Below, one piece after another: positions 44,251 through 53,694 of a DNA stretch of 64,000 bases. The DNA comes from Candidatus Saccharimonadota bacterium (lineage in GTDB: Bacteria > Patescibacteriota > Saccharimonadia > Saccharimonadales > JACOTW01). The position numbers and the translations under genes were made by a program. Each line of letters begins with the position of its first letter. Within the stretch, counting starts at the first letter, position 1. The notes below the pieces were generated by a model. That model made no database searches. It was not told the DNA's origin and saw only the letters and a list, made by a program, of their open reading frames with translations. The stretch covers positions 431-64,430 of the forward strand of contig JACOTW010000007.1 of assembly GCA_016178135.1 (NCBI GenBank), given 5' to 3'.

Positions 44251-46165
44251 TGGTAACGTCTACAATTTTAACCGGATTGCCACCATCAATATTTAACGCG
44301 TAATCAGACGTTTCCTGGTTTGTGATCATGCGAAATATTAAACTACGGTTATCCAACCAACGAACCGGATTAGTTATGCCGGCTTTTGTTTGAAGAATTT
44401 TATCTTCTCCAGTTTTAATGTCATAAGATATCAAAACACGCTTACCATCTCGTACATCAATCCATAGGCTGTGCTTATTATCAGGGCTGTCTACATATAT
44501 ACGAGACACTGGGTTTGCAGGCTGACCACCCAGTTTAGTAACCTGTTTATCGCCAATTTTATAATCGTACCACCCATCTTGCGCAGATAAAATAAGGTGA
44601 TCATAAGAGGTACGGAACAAATTCCATGTTTCTTTATTTAAAATAGTCTGTTTGTTACTCCCGTCGCTACTAATTCCATAAAAGCCGCTAGCTCCATTTT
44701 GGTAAGTATCGGACGTAGCATAGTATATTCTTCCGCCTATCATCATGACATCATTAAAATAATTAGAAGCCGCTAGCTCCTGGTTCTGCCCAGTTTTTGA
44801 GTTATGACTCATAAGCCGTTGTCTTTTGGGGTTGGCTGCACTTGATCCAGCGGTAACCTGAACGAATACTAAGCGATCACCACTCCAGCCAACTACTTGT
44901 ACTAGTTCAGATGTAACAATATCTTCACTGGAGTTATCTTGCAAATCAATCAACGTAAGTGTACTTAACAGATAGCCGTCTTTATTGCGTTTATTTTCTC
45001 GTGTAGATACATAAGCAGCGGCTTCATTGATTGGATCTGGCACTAGTGCCAGATCATCACGTTCGCTACCAGTACCAGCCAATACAATCTTTTCATTTTT
45101 ACCATCAATATCAACAGAGTAGAGGTCATATTTACCGGAACGCTTAGACACGAATATTTCTTTTCGAGCAGAAACAAGTTTTATAACTTTTTCTTCTTTG
45201 GTGCTTGTTGGTATTATGATTTCCTCGGATCTATAGCCTTCTGATTTGATCACAACCTTAAGTTCCGTATTATCGCTTGCTTCAACTGTGAGTATGATTT
45301 TGCCTTCTTCATCTGATATTGCGTTAGCATCACCGCTTGAAGCTTCTGCCTTATGTATGACTTTGCCTGAAAGAAAATCGGTTACCAAAAACGTGTACTG
45401 GCTACCTATTGGCAGAAGCTTATAATCACCTAGTGGGTTGCTACCCCATCCCACCGTAATTTTACGCTTTTCTACTGCAAAAGCTCGCTTTTCAATAACT
45501 AGCTCTTTTGTACCAAGTTTCAATCCCTTAAGATTAACCTTGCCGTCGCTATCGGTCTTGCCTGTTTGACCCGATAGCGTAACTGTAACCTTTTTAAGGG
45601 GTTGTCCGGTGCTATCGTCAAATATAGTCATGGAGGCACTGGCCCTTACTCCAAGAGCATTAAACATGAAATAACGGCTAACTGGCACAACTGTGGCAAC
45701 TATTAAAAGACCAGCCAAACTACCAATAGTAATGTAGCGGGCTTTTTTATTCACCCACCAAGCCACGAAGAAGTTTCGTAATTTATCTTTTAAGCTAGGT
45801 TTTTTATCATTAAATGCTTTGGCGAGCTCTTTGTCTTCGGCCTCCAGCAAATCATCCCCTTCTTTGGCGATAATTTCGTCAACCACTTTATCTGTATCAG
45901 CATCTTTTTCGTCATCGGATAAAGTCTCTTCGCTGAACTCATGTGTTTTTGTAAGCTCAATCGATGGCTCAACAGGAATTTTTGCTTCTAGAATTTCAGG
46001 AGCAGTGGTTGCTTCTGAGTGATTCGCGAATATATCTATGTCTTGTGCTTGATCAATAATCGGATCGGCTTCTGAAGGATCCATAATTTTCCTGACATGC
46101 TCTTCGGCATCAGAAACATTATCAATATCCTGGCCGTTTTGTTCTTTTTTATTTGCATCAAGCAT
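44216..46165 (-). CDS. large membrane-anchored protein with Ig-like/CarboxypepD-like repeats and a beta-propeller-like C-terminus
   Basis: An acidic N-terminus, a TM segment, repeated GKVxL modules, then WD/PD40-like repeats. Confidence 0.5.
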   Translation of the reverse strand: MLDANKKEQNGQDIDNVSDAEEHVRKIMDPSEADPIIDQAQDIDIFANHSEATTAPEILEAKIPVEPSIELTKTHEFSEETLSDDEKDADTDKVVDEIIAKEGDDLLEAEDKELAKAFNDKKPSLKDKLRNFFVAWWVNKKARYITIGSLAGLLIVATVVPVSRYFMFNALGVRASASMTIFDDSTGQPLKKVTVTLSGQTGKTDSDGKVNLKGLKLGTKELVIEKRAFAVEKRKITVGWGSNPLGDYKLLPIGSQYTFLVTDFLSGKVIHKAEASSGDANAISDEEGKIILTVEASDNTELKVVIKSEGYRSEEIIIPTSTKEEKVIKLVSARKEIFVSKRSGKYDLYSVDIDGKNEKIVLAGTGSERDDLALVPDPINEAAAYVSTRENKRNKDGYLLSTLTLIDLQDNSSEDIVTSELVQVVGWSGDRLVFVQVTAGSSAANPKRQRLMSHNSKTGQNQELAASNYFNDVMMIGGRIYYATSDTYQNGASGFYGISSDGSNKQTILNKETWNLFRTSYDHLILSAQDGWYDYKIGDKQVTKLGGQPANPVSRIYVDSPDNKHSLWIDVRDGKRVLISYDIKTGEDKILQTKAGITNPVRWLDNRSLIFRMITNQETSDYALNIDGGNPVKIVDVTNVVGLGRWYYY

Positions 46166-46228
46166 ATGCTTAAGTCTATAGGATTTTTGTACTTTTTTGT
46201 AGATAAAAAGATTCTTTTTAGGATTTGA

Positions 46229-46376
46229 TTGATAAACCTATCGCAAAATCTCCGTTTCCAGGGCGAATCAGCTCGAGCAAAAACAGTTTTATCTGGAAGG
46301 TACGTAAAGAGAAGAAAAACTGTTTGCAGCTGAGTTTAGTCAGTCTGAGGACGAGCGATTTCGCGACAGGTTCAGT
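46229..46376 (-). mobile_element. family-B element, copy B7 (reverse orientation, degenerate left end)
   Basis: ...CTATCGCAAAATCTCCGTTTCCAGGGCGAATCAGCTCGAGCAAAAACAGTTTT...GAGCGATTTCGCGACAGGTTCAGT. Confidence 0.75.
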
Positions 46377-46687
46377 GTACGCCAACCAATATACCAAAGC
46401 ACCGTGGCAACAATCAGACTTGTGATACCCAAGCCTGCAAACCAACCAATTTTGGATGATCTTGGTGGTGGTGCTACTTGTTGGCTTACGTAAGCAGTAA
46501 CCTCTTCTTGGCTTATGCCACTAATATCAATCGGAATACCGCCTACATTACTATTATCTAGAGCCTTAAAATTAGCCGTTGATTGTAGTCCCTCTTGCTG
46601 ATTAAGCAGGTTTTGACCGCCACCGATAGTTTGGGGGTTACCAGTTTTTAGCTGATCATTAGATTGAAGATTTTGGAATGACTGCAT
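46340..46687 (-). CDS. hypothetical protein with a C-terminal TM segment; tail and stop lie in B7
   Basis: The last ~12 residues (TLNLSRNRSSSD) are encoded by the repeat. Confidence 0.45.
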   Translation of the reverse strand: MQSFQNLQSNDQLKTGNPQTIGGGQNLLNQQEGLQSTANFKALDNSNVGGIPIDISGISQEEVTAYVSQQVAPPPRSSKIGWFAGLGITSLIVATVLWYIGWRTLNLSRNRSSSD

Positions 46688-46707
46688 AGTATTTTAGTAT
46701 ACCTAAC

Positions 46708-47556
46708 CTAACTAATTATTAGTGAGGTTAGAATTGCTTTTATAGGGTCAACAAAATTTTTATCATCCAGCATACTACTCGGAACTCCTACGGATGCTCC
46801 CGCTTCTGAACAGCTACTATCCGAACATTTAACAAAAGCCACACTAATAACCGGCTCTATTGGCAAAATGTCGGCCTTTGGTATGGCCTGTGCCAATTGA
46901 TAACCAGTATCACCTGTTATAAACATAGCATCAATCGTGGTTTCCGAAGTCGTTGAGCCAGCAAGATGCAAAAAACTTAGAAACGTCTGTCCTCGTTGAT
47001 TTTGAGCGGGCTGGGTATAAGTAATCTTTTCTGATGCTCGGGTGGCCAACGCATTGCCCTTGTCAAATTCCGGAAATTTTTGCTGCTTGGTACGAATCAT
47101 AATAATGATTTGCCCGTTAATATCCTGACCGCCTCTTATATTTTTAAATTTGTTGCTGGGCGAACGTAGGATAAGCTGACCATTACCCTCGACATCTGTT
47201 AGAACCCAATCTTCTGGATAATCCATAGACAGACCGAATTGACCGGATATGTAGTGTTTAGATGCGACGGTCGGCTTGGATGATGTTTCTGATTGTCTGA
47301 CACTCGTTGGTTGAGGCTTTGATTCTTGTGGTCCTGTCCGTACAAAAAACCAATATCCAATTACGCCTATAACAACCAAGGTACCAAAAACAAATATCAA
47401 GCCCAACGAACGTTGACTACGCAGTTTTGATCTATACTTCGGGGGAGTCAGATCTGCAAAATCACGCGTTTCTTCCAAAGAATCCCTATAAGCATCTCTA
47501 CCTTCTGGTGTACGCGGACTATCTGGACGCGGTGTGTCGTGGTAATCCATAACCAT
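46708..47556 (-). CDS. membrane-anchored hypothetical protein
   Basis: An N-terminal cytoplasmic tail, a TM segment and an extracellular domain. Confidence 0.5.
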   Translation of the reverse strand: MVMDYHDTPRPDSPRTPEGRDAYRDSLEETRDFADLTPPKYRSKLRSQRSLGLIFVFGTLVVIGVIGYWFFVRTGPQESKPQPTSVRQSETSSKPTVASKHYISGQFGLSMDYPEDWVLTDVEGNGQLILRSPSNKFKNIRGGQDINGQIIIMIRTKQQKFPEFDKGNALATRASEKITYTQPAQNQRGQTFLSFLHLAGSTTSETTIDAMFITGDTGYQLAQAIPKADILPIEPVISVAFVKCSDSSCSEAGASVGVPSSMLDDKNFVDPIKAILTSLIIS

Positions 47557-47561
47557 AATTA

Positions 47562-47724
47562 TACTGGACTTGTCGCAAAATCCCCCGTTCCCAGGGCGAA
47601 TCAGCTCGAGCGAAAACAGTTTTGTCTGAAGGAGAGGTACCCAGGAGGTACATCGAGAGAGGAAAAACTGTTTGTAGCCGAGGTTAGTCGGTCTGGGGAT
47701 GAGGGATTTTGCGTAAGTCCAGTT
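47562..47724 (-). mobile_element. family-B element, copy B8 (full length, reverse orientation)
   Basis: TA|TACTGGACTTGTCGCAAAATC...GGGATTTTGCGTAAGTCCAGTT|TA. It fills the whole gap between two genes. Confidence 0.85.
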
Positions 47725-49247
47725 TAAGAGGCTGTTTTCAGAAGATTCAAAATATCAGGGCCATATTTAGCGGCTTTGGCAGGGCCAATGCCGTTTACGG
47801 CTAACAATTGGCTGTCTGTCTGTGGCTTACTAGTAGCAATGGTGAGCAACAAGCTATCGTGAGCAATTATGTAGGCTGGCATACCCTCATCTCTGGCACG
47901 CTTAGTACGCCAAGCTTTTAATTTGGCTAGCAGATCATCATCAACGGCCTGTACTGGTGGCTCTTCGGTTTCAGTATCGTCTTCGGCCTCTGTAGTAATG
48001 TCAGCCAGTCTGGACGACGATGACTTTAACGCTTGGTCCAGTTCAAATATGGCTGGGTGTAGTCGCAATGCCATAGCATTAATACCGCTCAAATATAGTC
48101 CGTCCAGACTACGCACGCGCGACAAAGCTACATAGCCCATGCCAGGCGTAAACGTCTTACTCAAGTCAATTTCAGCAGCATCTAGACTCATACCTTGGCT
48201 TTTATGAATCGTAATAGCCCATGCCAGGCGTAGAGGCAACTGCATAACTTCCGCCCTAATTTTATTATCTTCTTCAAGTTTCCAGCTATGGGGCACGACT
48301 TTGATCTTGCGGGTACTGTTATATAGACGCACGATTGGTTGTTCGTTATTAAACTCCACAACCCGCCCACGCGTACCATTAACAAAACCAGCCGTCGGAT
48401 TATTGGCCACAAACATTATTTCCGCACCAATTTTTAGTTCCAACAAATCAGCCGCCAAAACACCACGCTGTAACTGTTCAATCTTTAACGCTGAACCTTT
48501 AGTAGTCATTTCGTAAGTATGAATTTCGTTCGGTAATTCCTTAAGACGACGCTGATTAAGGGTGTCAATATCCACATTGTGGGCATACAGGCGAGTCACT
48601 GACTGGTTACTAGACGGTCGCTGGCCTATTCTAGTTTTTAATAACTCTCGATGATATGGCTCCAGTTCATCATGACGCATGGCCTCTAATAACTCCAGTA
48701 AGCCGTCACGCTGTTGACGATGTTGCTCGCTCAAGTAGCAAATTTGTGGATTTAGTTCTCGCCAAGCGGCCGACAAATGCACAAAGTCTGGCGCTTCCAT
48801 GCCACGATTGACTGGAGGCAATTGAAACAAATCACCAACCAATATAACTTGCAAACCTCCAAAAGGTCGTTCGCTTTTACGCAGTAATTTACAAGCTTCA
48901 TTGACCATATCCAATCTGTGCCCATGTAGCATTGAAACTTCATCGATAACTAAAATATCAGTCGAATTATAACGTTTAGCCAGTTTTGCATTCACTGCCA
49001 ATTGCTGACGAGTCCTCGGGTCAATATATTCTTTTATGCCCAGACCAGACCAAGAATGAATAGTCACGCCACCGATATGCGTCGCCGCAATACCCGTACT
49101 GGCGGTAACTGCCACTGTTTTGCCGTGCTTCTTGGCACGCCGAATAAACTCATTCAAAATATAAGTCTTGCCAGCCCCTGGCGGTCCAGTCAAAAACACC
49201 GCCTCTCCCCCCAACATAACATTCAACGCCTGCTTCTGCCTCATCAC
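47724..49247 (-). CDS. PIF1/RecD-like ATP-dependent DNA helicase with a C-terminal HRDC domain
   Basis: Walker A GPPGAGKT and DEVSM. The C-terminal AWRTKRARDEGMPAYIIAHDSLL...NGIGPAKAAKYG is HRDC-like. Confidence 0.85.
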   Translation of the reverse strand: MMRQKQALNVMLGGEAVFLTGPPGAGKTYILNEFIRRAKKHGKTVAVTASTGIAATHIGGVTIHSWSGLGIKEYIDPRTRQQLAVNAKLAKRYNSTDILVIDEVSMLHGHRLDMVNEACKLLRKSERPFGGLQVILVGDLFQLPPVNRGMEAPDFVHLSAAWRELNPQICYLSEQHRQQRDGLLELLEAMRHDELEPYHRELLKTRIGQRPSSNQSVTRLYAHNVDIDTLNQRRLKELPNEIHTYEMTTKGSALKIEQLQRGVLAADLLELKIGAEIMFVANNPTAGFVNGTRGRVVEFNNEQPIVRLYNSTRKIKVVPHSWKLEEDNKIRAEVMQLPLRLAWAITIHKSQGMSLDAAEIDLSKTFTPGMGYVALSRVRSLDGLYLSGINAMALRLHPAIFELDQALKSSSSRLADITTEAEDDTETEEPPVQAVDDDLLAKLKAWRTKRARDEGMPAYIIAHDSLLLTIATSKPQTDSQLLAVNGIGPAKAAKYGPDILNLLKTAS

Positions 49248-49318
49248 CCCAGTATACCACCCCCTTTGCTATCGAGTCGCGCCCGATGGCACCGATAACG
49301 TTAGTTTTTGTTTTATCC

Positions 49319-49400
49319 TACACGAGTTTCGCACTTAGCCGTTGATGCCAGGTTGCAACTGGACGAGCGAAAACTTTTAATCCGAGTGAGGCATAACCGT
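49319..49400. repeat. family-C half element abutting A3
   Basis: ACACGAGTTTCGCACTTAGCCGTTGATGCCAGGTTGCAACTGGACGAGCGAAAACTTTTAATCC... Confidence 0.55.
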
Positions 49401-49403
49401 AGT

Positions 49404-49544
49404 TATAGCCCCCGCAAAACAAATTCGTGGGTTTTTGAAGCAATGATCTTTGAGCCAAAAACTGACTTTTCCGAGAGAGACATATCCTTAGATACGTTGA
49501 ACGAGGAAAGGCGGTTTTGGGCCAAAGAGGGTGATTCGAAAAGT
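49404..49544 (+). mobile_element. family-A element, copy A3 (intergenic, TA-flanked)
   Basis: TA|TAGCCCCC...CGAAAAGT|TA. The element is 139 nt between the TA dinucleotides. Confidence 0.85.
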
Positions 49545-49575
49545 TAGGTAACGCTTTGGTGTAAGTGGTTCAATA

Positions 49576-50883
49576 TTAGGGAGTTAGGCGATTTATATCG
49601 CGTGGGAATAAGATAGCTTCTTTGACATTCGCCAATCCGATGGTTTTTTCGGTCAATCTGTCGATACCAAAGCCAAAGCCACCATGTGGTGGTAAGCCAT
49701 GCTTAAAAGCACTCACGTAAGGTGCGAAACCAGGAGAGTTTGGATCAATACCTACAGTTTTCATCTGATCTGTTAAATGTTGGTAGCGGTGTTCACGCAC
49801 TGGTACGGTTGATATTTCTATGCCACGAAACAGCAAATCGGCCGATAAGGCGGTTTCATCCTCACCCTTCATATGATAGAACTTCATTTTGCTCACCGGC
49901 AATCCTGTTGCAAACACGGCCTCGCAACCATCTTGTTTTTTGGCATATTCACAAATCCATCTTTCTTCGTCTGGCGTTAAGTCAATTTCTTGGCTCATGT
50001 CTTTCTTGTTGGCTTTACCATATAGATTATGAATTTCGGCCATGGAATATCGGGGGAATTCGGCTGTCAGTTTTAGCTCTGGAGCGTTTAAACTTTTTAA
50101 ATCTTCTGCGTAATCTTTATATAATCGGGTCAAAATGTCGTATACCAAATCTTGAACAAGATTCAGAACATCGTCAGGCCCTTCTATAAATCCCATTTCT
50201 ACGTCAAGCATAGTTACTTCTGATACATGACGAGTGGTTGCCGATAACTCGGCCCTAAAAGCAGGTGCAATCTCAAAAACTCGCTCAAATACACCAACCA
50301 TAATTTGCTTATATAACTGCGGGCTTTGAGCTAATGTAGCTTCTTGTCCAAAATAATCAAGTTTAAATACTTCGGCACCACCCTCGGCGGCATCTGCCTG
50401 TAATTTGGGTGTATTGATCTCTGTAAAATCATTTTTATATAAAAACTCTCTGATATATCTTAATAATTGACTACGAATTTTAAAAATCTTGGTCTCTTGT
50501 AAATTACGTAGGCCAATTGCCCTATGCTCAAATAATGTGTCCAGGTTTTCTGGTTCATGACTTAGGGGTTTATCGATTTCTACTGGCGGTTCTTCCGTAA
50601 CGGGCACTACAACTTCCAGCTTAGGATCGTGAATCTCCGCACCACCAGGAGCACGAGGTTCATCCTTCACCGTACCGATGACCTTAAGAATAGTCCCGAT
50701 TTGTAGACCGCGTAATTTTTCTACCTCATCTTTTTGTTCTACGACAATTTGCGTCAAACCGGTGCGGTCGCGAATGTTTATAAAATTCAAGCCACCCAGC
50801 AGACGTTTCTTGTGTAGCCAGCCTTCAATTAAAATTTCCTTGCCAATGTTCTTAATAACATCTTCGGCTAGAGTTCGGTCCAT
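49576..50883 (-). CDS. aspS: aspartate--tRNA ligase, archaeal/type-2 form (class IIb)
   Basis: 435 aa. An OB-fold N-terminus, QSPQLYKQ, FRAE, and the C-terminal GGFGFGIDRL...FPRDINRLTP. Confidence 0.8.
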   Translation of the reverse strand: MDRTLAEDVIKNIGKEILIEGWLHKKRLLGGLNFINIRDRTGLTQIVVEQKDEVEKLRGLQIGTILKVIGTVKDEPRAPGGAEIHDPKLEVVVPVTEEPPVEIDKPLSHEPENLDTLFEHRAIGLRNLQETKIFKIRSQLLRYIREFLYKNDFTEINTPKLQADAAEGGAEVFKLDYFGQEATLAQSPQLYKQIMVGVFERVFEIAPAFRAELSATTRHVSEVTMLDVEMGFIEGPDDVLNLVQDLVYDILTRLYKDYAEDLKSLNAPELKLTAEFPRYSMAEIHNLYGKANKKDMSQEIDLTPDEERWICEYAKKQDGCEAVFATGLPVSKMKFYHMKGEDETALSADLLFRGIEISTVPVREHRYQHLTDQMKTVGIDPNSPGFAPYVSAFKHGLPPHGGFGFGIDRLTEKTIGLANVKEAILFPRDINRLTP

Positions 50884-50888
50884 AAACG

Positions 50889-51980
50889 CTATTCTAACAT
50901 CTCTGGCTTTTCAGGGGTAGCCTTTTGTGACTCAAAACGTTCTTTGCGATCTTTTTTGGCCGATCGAGTAGCCACAACACGCAAATCATCATATTGATCA
51001 AACTCGTCAATAATTGGTTTGCCAATAATCTGCTCTAGAATATCTTCCATAGTAATAATGCCAGCGTATTCTTCAAAACTATTTACTACTATGAGCAGTT
51101 GCTGGTGAGTTTTCAATATAGCCTGAAGCGCGTCGTACAAACTCTGTTCCTCGTGAATATAATAAACCTCGTGATGCATTTTTCCCTGTACCGATCCCCC
51201 GCCGCGAGCATTCACCAAATCACGCGTGTACAGCAAGCCGACTATATTGTCCTGTTTGTCTTCAAAAACTGGAAAACGAGAATGTCCGCTGGCATGCAAT
51301 TCATCCATCAATACCGGCCCAATAGATTCTCTAATGTTTATCATCTTAACTACTCGACGCGGAATCATAATTTTACTAACAGTTTTATCAGCAAAAGTCA
51401 GAGCATGACTAGCAATACTTAGCTCCATTTGCTCAATACGATTATCGACTTGGGACTGCTGTTGATTGATCAGATCTAGTAAATCTTCTTTTTCATATAA
51501 TCCGGTATGAATGTGCACTGGACGAAAGCGATGCAATAAACCCATAACCCGATCCAATGTCGGATGCAGATAATGCATCAGCCATCCAAAAGCCGGCGCT
51601 AACCACGCCGCCAAACGTTCACCAAAACTCGTGACTGGCCGTACCGGGAGCCATACAAAACCCACCCATACTAAAGCAATGCTTGATGCAAGCGCAAACC
51701 AGAGCGCAGAATAAAGTGCTACATTAACAAAAAATCCAGCCGCAAATAATCCAATCAAAAACCATAAAACCACTCTTAGCGTATACCCGTAACTGACGGC
51801 ACGATACAAAATATTAGCCAATTCATCCCCGGCACGAGCACGCCGCTTAACTTCTTTGACTGGTAGATTATAATAAGTACGCTGTAAACTCACAGATAAC
51901 AGGGTTAAGCCAGCTAGTATAAAACTCAATAAAGTATGCATAGCTTCAATAGTAGCAGAACTTGTATAGGACTTTCGCAC
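50889..51980 (-). CDS. CNNM/DUF21 plus CBS-pair membrane protein (HlyC/CorC-type transporter lacking the CorC domain)
   Basis: Four N-terminal TM segments followed by two CBS motifs. Confidence 0.75.
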   Translation of the reverse strand: MRKSYTSSATIEAMHTLLSFILAGLTLLSVSLQRTYYNLPVKEVKRRARAGDELANILYRAVSYGYTLRVVLWFLIGLFAAGFFVNVALYSALWFALASSIALVWVGFVWLPVRPVTSFGERLAAWLAPAFGWLMHYLHPTLDRVMGLLHRFRPVHIHTGLYEKEDLLDLINQQQSQVDNRIEQMELSIASHALTFADKTVSKIMIPRRVVKMINIRESIGPVLMDELHASGHSRFPVFEDKQDNIVGLLYTRDLVNARGGGSVQGKMHHEVYYIHEEQSLYDALQAILKTHQQLLIVVNSFEEYAGIITMEDILEQIIGKPIIDEFDQYDDLRVVATRSAKKDRKERFESQKATPEKPEMLE

Positions 51981-52059
51981 TTTGTTGCCAATTCCAGAGT
52001 AATCCTGCTTGGACCGAAAATTGTTAAGTTTCTGGAGGGGTAACCATAGCTAAACTGAC

Positions 52060-52125
52060 AAGAGATAAACAGTTTGCAACCCTACAGGATTGGTCTGGGG
52101 ACGGGCGATTTTGCGTAAGTCCAGT
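52060..52125 (-). mobile_element. family-B element, copy B9 (half element)
   Basis: ...AAACAGTTTG...GGTCTGGGGACGGGCGATTTTGCGTAAGTCCAGT followed by ATAAT. Confidence 0.7.
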
Positions 52126-52161
52126 ATAATGTATTATGAGTAACAACATGGAGATTTATGC

Positions 52162-52818
52162 ATGAGTAAGCGTTTCGCGTTTATATTAGTAATCAGTGTA
52201 ATTCTATTCAGTGGATTTTTAATCTTTGGCAAAAAAGACACCAACACCCCTAATAACAGCTCCTCGTCCCGACCAACCAGTCATACCAAAGGTCAAGGAA
52301 AAAGCGGGGTGGTATTGGTTGAATACGGGGATTTCCAGTGTTCGGCTTGCTATGCTTATGAACCTGTTATAAAAGAGATATTTTCTACCTACAACGAACA
52401 AATTACTTTTCAGTTTCGCAATTTCCCACTTGTTCAGATTCACAAAAATGCCCTAGTAGCATCTAGGGCTGCGGAGGCCGCTGCCCTACAAGGTAAGTTT
52501 TGGGAAATGCATGATAAACTTTACGAAACACAAGATCCTAGTGGTAAAACAGGTTGGGTGGTTGCGGATGATCCCGTAAGTTATTTCGCAGAAATTGCCG
52601 CCAAACTTGGTATGAACGTAGAAAAGTTCAAGACTGACTTAAAAAGTAGTGCAGTTAATGACTCTATTCAAGCAGACATAAAAGAGGGTCAGGCACTTGA
52701 TTTCAGTGGCACGCCTTCCTTCGTACTAGATGGCAAAAGAATCGAAAAAAATCCGGCTGATTTGCAAGCTTTCAAGAAACTGATTGAGGATACTATAAAA
52801 GCTAAAACAGGTCAGTAA
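52162..52818 (+). CDS. DsbA-family thiol:disulfide oxidoreductase
   Basis: A signal/TM segment, the active site CSAC, and GTPSF. Confidence 0.85.
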   Translation: MSKRFAFILVISVILFSGFLIFGKKDTNTPNNSSSSRPTSHTKGQGKSGVVLVEYGDFQCSACYAYEPVIKEIFSTYNEQITFQFRNFPLVQIHKNALVASRAAEAAALQGKFWEMHDKLYETQDPSGKTGWVVADDPVSYFAEIAAKLGMNVEKFKTDLKSSAVNDSIQADIKEGQALDFSGTPSFVLDGKRIEKNPADLQAFKKLIEDTIKAKTGQ

Positions 52819-53102
52819 GTCCAGTTGATCTCTTTGCACTTGCACAGCACTAAACTTATGACTAATACTTGATAAATTGCTGCCAATTTGGCCGCTTAAT
52901 TTTTACTTCCACTTTATACTCCCTAGAGGATACTATTTTTATTTTTACAGCCATTACCTTAACATTCCCCAAAACCACGAGCGCACACATACACTCGTTA
53001 TTATGTTTTTATTAGAACAAGTTTTTGTATTTCTTACGGTTATTATCCGCTTGAAGTACAACTATACTCTCATAACCATAACCATATTGTCAATTAGTAT
53101 TT

Positions 53103-53582
53103 TTATTTTTGGTTGTGATTACTTAAGGGGTTGAACCTATTTAATGCTTGTCCGGCCTCCCGCAAAGTAAGACGACGCTTGTGTTCGGCGTGAATCTTGC
53201 CGTGAAGCTTATGTAATGTAGCACTGGCTATCTGTTTTTCATGGAGCAAACGAAATTCATCATCAAGTTTTGCCAGCTCATCATCGGTCATATCTTCTAG
53301 GTCTACAAAAGAATTCCGAGCTTTAGTAGACAAAATAAGCTCGTCAAGTTTGAGCTGCATAGCTTTGCCGTCACGATTCTGTGTATTTTGAATCAAAAAT
53401 ACCATCAAAAAGGTCCCAACTGTAGTGCCGGTATTAATAAGTAGCTGCCAAGTATCTGAATAATTAAACACTGGTCCAGTTAATGCCCAAACCACCACTA
53501 GTGCTATAGCCAATAAAAATGCCAGGGCGCTACCTGTCCAAGTGGAAACCTTACTAGCGATTTTACGAAAATGTTCTTTCAT
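53103..53582 (-). CDS. low-affinity iron permease family protein
   Basis: WQLLINTGTTVGTFLMVFLIQNTQNRD motif. Confidence 0.75.
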   Translation of the reverse strand: MKEHFRKIASKVSTWTGSALAFLLAIALVVVWALTGPVFNYSDTWQLLINTGTTVGTFLMVFLIQNTQNRDGKAMQLKLDELILSTKARNSFVDLEDMTDDELAKLDDEFRLLHEKQIASATLHKLHGKIHAEHKRRLTLREAGQALNRFNPLSNHNQK

Positions 53583-53694
53583 TTAGCTCATTTATTTTTT
53601 ATTGTTTACCATGGATTCTTATGCCTATTTATCGTAGAATACCCCTATATGTTAGAAAATACAAATCCTATCTTATACAGAACCGGTGTAAGTT

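Noticed and set aside
52118-52135. Outward-facing promoters created by B-element termini (GTCCAGTATAAT before dsbA-like at 52124-52129, and a similar string before ORF 47556).
   Set aside because: A TATAAT-like hexamer is indeed formed by the terminus plus the TA flank, but no acceptable -35 or TGn lies at the right distance. I kept this as an idea only, not as a feature.
52877-53134. An 85-aa ORF in the AT-rich spacer between dsbA-like and iron-permease genes.
   Set aside because: It has Ile/Phe/Tyr-rich composition driven by AT richness, with no RBS and no motif.
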